From: Nitrososphaerota archaeon
GTDB taxonomy: Archaea; Thermoproteota; Nitrososphaeria_A; Caldarchaeales; Calditenuaceae
Direction of reading: 5' to 3'
DNA: 32,046 nt
Assembly: GCA_038845265.1 (NCBI GenBank)
Contig: JAWBQR010000012.1
Coordinates: 1-32,046 of the forward strand
Shown here: positions 26,853-32,046 of the stretch, piece after piece
Position numbering within the stretch: position 1 is the first letter of the stretch
Layout of the letters: each line of letters starts with the position of its first letter
Position numbers and translations under genes: made by a program
The notes under the pieces: model-generated
The model's database searches: none
Seen by the model: the letters and a program-made list of their open reading frames with translations, nothing else
What the model was told of the DNA's origin: nothing

Positions 26853-28254
26853 AATGTTCTCGATGGATTTCGTCGGAGTATTGTCTGTATTTTAAAATAA
26901 TTGGGCACCATTCCTTCTCTGGGCAATATCCTAAATGCTTGCATTTCTCGCCCATTATTAAGGACATCCATGGCATTTCTCTTTCGATATCATGCCAAAT
27001 CTTATAAGCTATGCTCCTTTCTTCCCATTGAGCTTTACTGCACGTCCTCGTAGCTATGAATCCCATAGGGTACACAAGATTAAAGAGGTTATAAGATCTG
27101 ATGACTGATACAGTGATTGCCTGAGGTACTGCGTAGAGGGCAGCTACATTTTCGTTTTCATCTACAAGCTTTCGGTAAAGAGTCAATAAATCATTTACAG
27201 CGTCTAAGAATCTTGAGGTCAACTCTTCTTTTCTTTTTATATCTGGCGGAATCACGAGGTATTCTTCTAAATTCTTCTCCACTCTTAGTATAGCTTCAGG
27301 AAGCGGTTCAACAATATTGGAAACTGTTCTATGTCTTACTGCCTGATGATAAGCGGCCAGTGAGATGACCTCGCACGTTATTACTCTAAAAAAATTATTA
27401 TAAGCATCAAGCATTTGAGATGTACCTTTAGTAATTATTTCTTCAGCATTGCCAATAGATTCAATTTTTATCACCTTGGCGCCAATGCTAGGCTTATGCT
27501 GAATTATTCTTTCTATTAATTTATCAGGCTCTCTTAATGGATCAGTTAATGGGTAATATGTATTAAGATTTGAGAAGCTTAATCTAGCGTTTGTTAATTC
27601 AGGGAGATAAATATCCATCAAGTTTTTTAGTTTATGGGTGTACTGTTTTAGCTCTGTTGGGACGATTCCTATATTCTCACTAGTTTTTACAAACAGATAC
27701 ACGAACGACTCTAATGATGCTGCTGAGAAGACTGATGAGGATGATGATAGTGGAAGAATATATCTTGCATCTTCAAGCTTAATACCTCTATCTATAAGCC
27801 AAGCATATACATCATAACAATTATTCATCGATTTTATGAAAAATCTTTCCAGGTGCTTCTCTCTCAGCTCTGCTGGCACCAGAACTCTGTCCCTCGTAAC
27901 CTTGGAGCGTCTTTGACTCTCCTGCAGATAGCTTCCAAACTGAGAGGAGACAAGCAGCATTGTCAAAAGCCTGCTGCAGTTTCTTGTCTCGGTAAATAAA
28001 ATTGCGGATGTTGATAAAGATGCATGTCCACGTCTTGTTGATTCCCAATGAACATTTTTGGTAAATTTTTTTAAGTTTTTATCTTGCTCAATTAATTTTT
28101 TAATCTTTTCCTTGAGTGAGACTTTCTCAAAAGTGCCTGATCCCTGTATTGCGATTATTTCGTCAGGACCTATAGATAAGTCGTGATAGGTAATTGAAGG
28201 AGCTGCATCTATTACTTCGAGCTCGAATTCATCAGTATAAGATTGATTACTCAA
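26827..28254 (-). CDS. thyX: FAD-dependent thymidylate synthase ThyX, tandem two-domain form
   Basis: RGHASL, SYLQESQR and EDARYILP in domain 1. HQAVRHRT, RTCSKAQWEER and CKHLGYCPE...CP in domain 2. Confidence 0.85.
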   Translation of the reverse strand: MSNQSYTDEFELEVIDAAPSITYHDLSIGPDEIIAIQGSGTFEKVSLKEKIKKLIEQDKNLKKFTKNVHWESTRRGHASLSTSAILFTETRNCSRLLTMLLVSSQFGSYLQESQRRSKVTRDRVLVPAELREKHLERFFIKSMNNCYDVYAWLIDRGIKLEDARYILPLSSSSSVFSAASLESFVYLFVKTSENIGIVPTELKQYTHKLKNLMDIYLPELTNARLSFSNLNTYYPLTDPLREPDKLIERIIQHKPSIGAKVIKIESIGNAEEIITKGTSQMLDAYNNFFRVITCEVISLAAYHQAVRHRTVSNIVEPLPEAILRVEKNLEEYLVIPPDIKRKEELTSRFLDAVNDLLTLYRKLVDENENVAALYAVPQAITVSVIRSYNLFNLVYPMGFIATRTCSKAQWEERSIAYKIWHDIEREMPWMSLIMGEKCKHLGYCPEKEWCPIILKYRQYSDEIHREHSKIFQTKT

Positions 28255-28310
28255 TTTTCAATTAATTCACATAAACACTAGTTGATAAACAATTTTCGAT
28301 TACTTGTTTA

Positions 28311-28727
28311 TCATTGTTTCCGAGGAATAACCCATCCTGATAATTCAAATCTATATTTATCGATATATCTGTCTGCTGCAAGCATGCGCAATAATGTCGT
28401 TAAGTCAGGCGTCTTGTATAATTTTTCTTCTACTGGTTTCGATTCTTCTAGGTATGCTCTTGGACTTAACTGGATAGTTATTATTCCGGCTTTTTCAAGT
28501 ATTTTTGCACCATCTTGAAACCTTGCTTGGAGTATGCTCATTTTATCCATTGGTAGATTCTTTAATGTCCATAACCCAGAGACTACGTCTAAGACGTCAC
28601 TTTCCCATCCTGAACCGTAGAGTATCACCATAGCCCTCATAATATCGGCTGCAACCATAAATTCAGGATCAGAGTTTTCCCTCGCCAAGATTTCTCTGAT
28701 TGCTGACTCTTTATCCATTGCAGTCAT
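28311..28727 (-). CDS. Hypothetical protein, possible winged-helix fold
   Basis: 138 aa, with AKILEKAGII...EKLY resembling a wHTH recognition helix and wing. Same strand as, and just upstream of, thyX. Confidence 0.65.
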   Translation of the reverse strand: MTAMDKESAIREILARENSDPEFMVAADIMRAMVILYGSGWESDVLDVVSGLWTLKNLPMDKMSILQARFQDGAKILEKAGIITIQLSPRAYLEESKPVEEKLYKTPDLTTLLRMLAADRYIDKYRFELSGWVIPRKQ

Positions 28728-28829
28728 ATCGATATATAATGGATAAGACAGGTATAAAGCATTTGTTTTAAAGGTTATTGATGAGCTGATTAGAGAAGCT
28801 TTTTATGAAGCATGATAAATCCTCGATAT

Positions 28830-28889
28830 GGGATGATGAGCAATGTCCACGCCGAGGCGACGATGAGGCCTCGACGGGCAGCCTGACCC
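28830..28889 (+). ncRNA. C/D box sRNA (2'-O-methylation guide)
   Basis: GGG-[C: ATGATGA 28833-39]-12-nt guide-[D': CCGA 28852-55]-[C': ACGATGA 28860-66]-16-nt guide-[D: CTGA 28883-86]-CCC terminal stem. It is a GC-rich island in AT-rich intergenic DNA, with TTTTATGA (TATA-like) at 28801-28808. Confidence 0.88.
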
Positions 28890-28920
28890 TAAATAAAAGT
28901 GACTATTTATTTCAAGATAC

Positions 28921-30555
28921 CTATTCTGGAGGCAAGGTTTTAAATGCCAGATCTATCGGTATCCCTTGTCTCGCCCTCACTGCTCTGACGATCCAGTAAA
29001 GAGCAAATGCAACCGCGTAAGACGCTCCAAGTAGATAGGCCTGAGGGGCCCCAAAACCTAATTCTGATATCGCTGCATATTGATAAACACCATTCATCTG
29101 ATAGAAAAATCCAACGAGACCAACTATTGTAGCAACTGGAATACCTAATATCTTGTATTTCCTTACTGGTGACTGCTCCCAGAACTCTTTTCTTAGCGGC
29201 AACAATGCACATGCAAGACAAGTTAATCCCACACTTACTGCAGACCAAACCCACGTCACCGTGAATACTAGTCCTAAGTATGGCGTAGTAGCTACTAAGA
29301 TAAGCCATGCTTCAACTATTAGGAAAACCACGATTAAGCTAAATACAGGCGTATGGAATCTCTCATTTACAGATGCAAACCTAGCAGGAATTAATCTATC
29401 AAATGACCAAGCAAACAGTAGCCTTGTAGGTATAAGCCAGTTAATTGGCATAAACGTAAAAGCAGCAGCAATTATTGCAATCATTATTAAGATAACAGTT
29501 ATAGGATTGTTTGCAAGTATATATGGTATTGAGATAGTCACTACACCTCCACCAAACAATGGAGTTGATAATCTTTCAGGCGATAACGTGCCAATTAGTG
29601 TTAGGGCAATTAGTGGATCACGTCCCGCTATGCCTTGCAGCAACTCAATAATTATAACTACACTCAACATTAGTATGAATCCGGGTATAACCATTGATAC
29701 GACCTGACGTACAACTGAATTTGCGCGTCTCATTTCACCTACACTCCAAGCGTTCCAGTAGGAGTTAGTAGTACCTATCGTCATGCCAAGGGCCGCCAAA
29801 AATGTTCCTATCGATAATGTAACAGGTACAAACGCGTCTGGTTTAAGTTCCTTTCCAATAGTTACGAGTTCCTCGAATCTTAGATTGGGTTCATATATTG
29901 TTAAAGATTCTATGAACTGGGATGTATTAGATGATAATAGGACACCTATGCTTACTAATAAGCCGATGATTCCTAATGCAAACAATGGCGCCAAGAAAGT
30001 TCTTAGAAGGACACGTACTCCCATTATAGCCGGGATTAATGAAATCAATAGGAATATTGTTCCAATAACTATTATTCCTGTCGGCGTGGTCGTCCACGAT
30101 GCTACAGCCATTAGCGCTTCGTTCCCTAGCATTCTTCCTAAAACAAATAATCCAGGGGCAAGTCCCCACTGGATAACATATGCACTTGGTATTAAAGCTG
30201 CAAATGACAAAATGGAGAGCCAAAGCATAATCTCAGCTGGCCATGCAATAGAGGGGTGGAGAATTCTGCTCTGAGAGACGTAGGGGGAACCTGACCTAGG
30301 AAAAGTAGCACATATGAATGCAAAAGCAGTCAAATAACCGAATACGCCAAAGAGAAATGCCGCTATGGATGCAAGTGTGACTGAGCCGCCGGGCACTGCG
30401 TACCAAATAAACCATGCAGTAAAGGCAGGAGCGAAGAGTGGCACAACGCCACTCAGGTTAGCCATAAAATGCTCAATAACACCAAATTCTCTAACGAGCC
30501 CTGTTGCTTCTCTAACGAAAACTCGAGTTTCAGAAGAGGTTTTTCTATTACTCAT
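28921..30555 (-). CDS. APC superfamily amino acid/amine permease
   Basis: FVREATGLVRE, FPRSGSPY, GEMR, TRLLFAWSFDRLIP, HTP, and C-terminal FKTLPPE. Many TM helices. Confidence 0.9.
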   Translation of the reverse strand: MSNRKTSSETRVFVREATGLVREFGVIEHFMANLSGVVPLFAPAFTAWFIWYAVPGGSVTLASIAAFLFGVFGYLTAFAFICATFPRSGSPYVSQSRILHPSIAWPAEIMLWLSILSFAALIPSAYVIQWGLAPGLFVLGRMLGNEALMAVASWTTTPTGIIVIGTIFLLISLIPAIMGVRVLLRTFLAPLFALGIIGLLVSIGVLLSSNTSQFIESLTIYEPNLRFEELVTIGKELKPDAFVPVTLSIGTFLAALGMTIGTTNSYWNAWSVGEMRRANSVVRQVVSMVIPGFILMLSVVIIIELLQGIAGRDPLIALTLIGTLSPERLSTPLFGGGVVTISIPYILANNPITVILIMIAIIAAAFTFMPINWLIPTRLLFAWSFDRLIPARFASVNERFHTPVFSLIVVFLIVEAWLILVATTPYLGLVFTVTWVWSAVSVGLTCLACALLPLRKEFWEQSPVRKYKILGIPVATIVGLVGFFYQMNGVYQYAAISELGFGAPQAYLLGASYAVAFALYWIVRAVRARQGIPIDLAFKTLPPE

Positions 30556-30665
30556 TTGTGCTCGTTCTTAATTGAATTATATTTTATATAAATTTTTCTG
30601 ATAGACTAAAATTTTTTATAGATTAAAAAGGTATTTATATATAATAGTATGTTAACAAAATAAGG

Positions 30666-31145
30666 ATGATAATCGTTCCAGAAATGAGTCCAAGTGAGAT
30701 GTTGATTTATCTCTCACAACCATTGATTGCTAAACTTGCAACAATTAATACCGATGGTACACCTCAGCTTTCTCCAGTCTGGTTTATATTCGAGAATAAT
30801 CAGTTCTATATATCCACATATGAAAAGGCATTAAAAATTAGTAATATTAAGAGAGACAATCGAGTGACATTACTTGTCGATTCAACCGATGGCGGATTAA
30901 AGTTAAAGGGAGTTCTAGTAAAAGGAGTTGCAAAGGTTATAAGCGGAGAGGAATGCAAGAAGATAGAGAAAAAAATTTACGACAAATATCTAACAAACGA
31001 TATTATAATCAAGGATGAAGTGGCAAGATTATTCAAGCAAGTTGCATTATGTTCTCCGGACTCAGTTTGTATAGAGGTCCGGCCTGTAAAAATAACTAGT
31101 TGGGACTATACAAAACTTAAGCCTGAAGATATCAAGAGTGTATAG
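30666..31145 (+). CDS. Pyridoxamine 5'-phosphate oxidase-like (PPOX class, possibly F420-dependent) protein
   Basis: AKLATINTDGTPQLSPVWF, KISNIKRDNRVTLLVD, GVLVKGVA, SWD. Confidence 0.88.
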   Translation: MIIVPEMSPSEMLIYLSQPLIAKLATINTDGTPQLSPVWFIFENNQFYISTYEKALKISNIKRDNRVTLLVDSTDGGLKLKGVLVKGVAKVISGEECKKIEKKIYDKYLTNDIIIKDEVARLFKQVALCSPDSVCIEVRPVKITSWDYTKLKPEDIKSV

Positions 31146-31196
31146 TATATTGAATATTTATTAAAAGGACCCGCGACGAGTAGACAGGTGTAATAC

Positions 31197-31994
31197 TTGA
31201 GGCTATTTGGAAAAGTCTCAATAATAACTGGAGGAACAAGTGGGATAGGTCAAGCCACTGCTAAGCTATTCGCAAAAGAAGGCTCTAAAGTAGTAATAGC
31301 AGGTAGAGATGATAAGAGAGGAAAAAATCTTGCAGAGGAAATAATCTGTGAAGGAGGCGAGGCATTATTCATAAAGACCGATGTTTCGAAGTCTGAGGAT
31401 GTCCAGAATCTAATCAATATGACAGTAGATAGGTGGGGCAAGATTGATGTTCTTTTTAATAATGCCGGAATCGAGATAGACGGTTTTGTAGCTGATTATA
31501 GTGAAGAAGATTGGGATAAAGTGATAAATACAAATCTCAAAGGTGCATTCCTATGCTCGAAATATGCTTTCAAACAAATGATCAAACAAGGTACTGGTGG
31601 CTCAATTATTAATAACTCGTCAGTACTAGGAATTGTAAGTTTGCCTGGCTGTTCTGCCTACTCGGCCTCAAAGAGTGGCCTCATTGGACTTACTAAGGCA
31701 TTAGCATTAGATGGCGCACCTTATAAAATTAGGGTGAATTGTCTTTGCCCAGGCTTTGTACTAACTAGACTAACTGAACAATATGTCGATAAGAAAAACC
31801 CTCAGAAATATCTCGACACTGTCGGTAAGCTTCATCCAATTGGCAGGATATGTACTCCTGAAGAAGTAGCATATGCTGCATTATTCTTAGCGTCTGATGA
31901 ATCTTCATTTATAACAGGAGCTATTATTCCTGTTGATGGCGGAATTACTGCTACAGAGCTTGAATATGTACTAACACTCTTCAAGCTCTACTAA
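31197..31994 (+). CDS. Short-chain dehydrogenase/reductase
   Basis: TGGTSGIG, DVLFNNAG, YSASK, IRVNCLCPG, ITGAIIPVDGG. Confidence 0.93.
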   Translation: MRLFGKVSIITGGTSGIGQATAKLFAKEGSKVVIAGRDDKRGKNLAEEIICEGGEALFIKTDVSKSEDVQNLINMTVDRWGKIDVLFNNAGIEIDGFVADYSEEDWDKVINTNLKGAFLCSKYAFKQMIKQGTGGSIINNSSVLGIVSLPGCSAYSASKSGLIGLTKALALDGAPYKIRVNCLCPGFVLTRLTEQYVDKKNPQKYLDTVGKLHPIGRICTPEEVAYAALFLASDESSFITGAIIPVDGGITATELEYVLTLFKLY

Positions 31995-32046
31995 TCAAAT
32001 GCATCTTAAAATACTTAGATGATGATAGGATTGTTCTAGGCTTAAT

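Noticed and set aside
28778-28789. TTGATGA-G-CTGA, a C-like box next to a D box
   Set aside because: Only 1 nt separates the boxes, with no guide or flanking stem, so it cannot form a guide RNA.
28805-28999. 64-aa + strand ORF
   Set aside because: It overlaps the C/D box sRNA and runs antisense into the APC permease. There are no protein motifs, and the GC richness is explained by the RNA.
29153-30571. Long + strand ORFs (184, 163 and 68 aa)
   Set aside because: Antisense to the hydrophobic APC permease, where stop-poor mirror frames are expected.
1-32046. CRISPR array, IS element or rRNA
   Set aside because: No regularly spaced 24-40 bp repeats, transposase ORF, terminal inverted repeats with target duplications, or long GC-rich rRNA-like tract was seen.

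Overview
Archaeal chromosomal window, most consistent with Thermoproteota/TACK and possibly an aerobic Caldarchaeales/'Aigarchaeota'-like lineage (inferred from RadA, AglB, heme o synthase, a Grs-type radical SAM and archaeal tRNAs). The left end looks accessory: a 5'-truncated GT4 glycosyltransferase, an FkbM methyltransferase, a wHTH-MNT/HEPN toxin-antitoxin pair with a palindromic operator, a lone sufB, an ACD-GNAT (Pat-type) fusion and a Usp. The rest is mostly housekeeping: tRNA-Met(CAT), pstSCAB-phoU, SCP2, CobY-like, tRNA-Arg(TCG), an orphan A/V-ATPase proteolipid, tRNA-Phe(GAA), ctaB/cyoE, two SDRs, radA, PAC2, aglB, a RadA paralogue, a GDGT ring synthase-like enzyme, MEMO1, a two-domain ThyX, a C/D box sRNA, an APC permease and a PPOX-class protein. 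The most notable observations are: (1) three small 'hypothetical' membrane proteins around aglB that resemble eukaryotic ER subunits (OST3/6-DC2-like divergent from aglB, EMC6-like, DPM2-like); (2) a GC-rich 27-nt segment before tRNA-Met that is complementary to both acceptor-stem strands; (3) a C/D box guide RNA hidden under a spurious ORF call; and (4) several operator-like palindromes. No CRISPR array, transposase or integrase was seen. All protein assignments come from motif recognition by eye, not from database searches.
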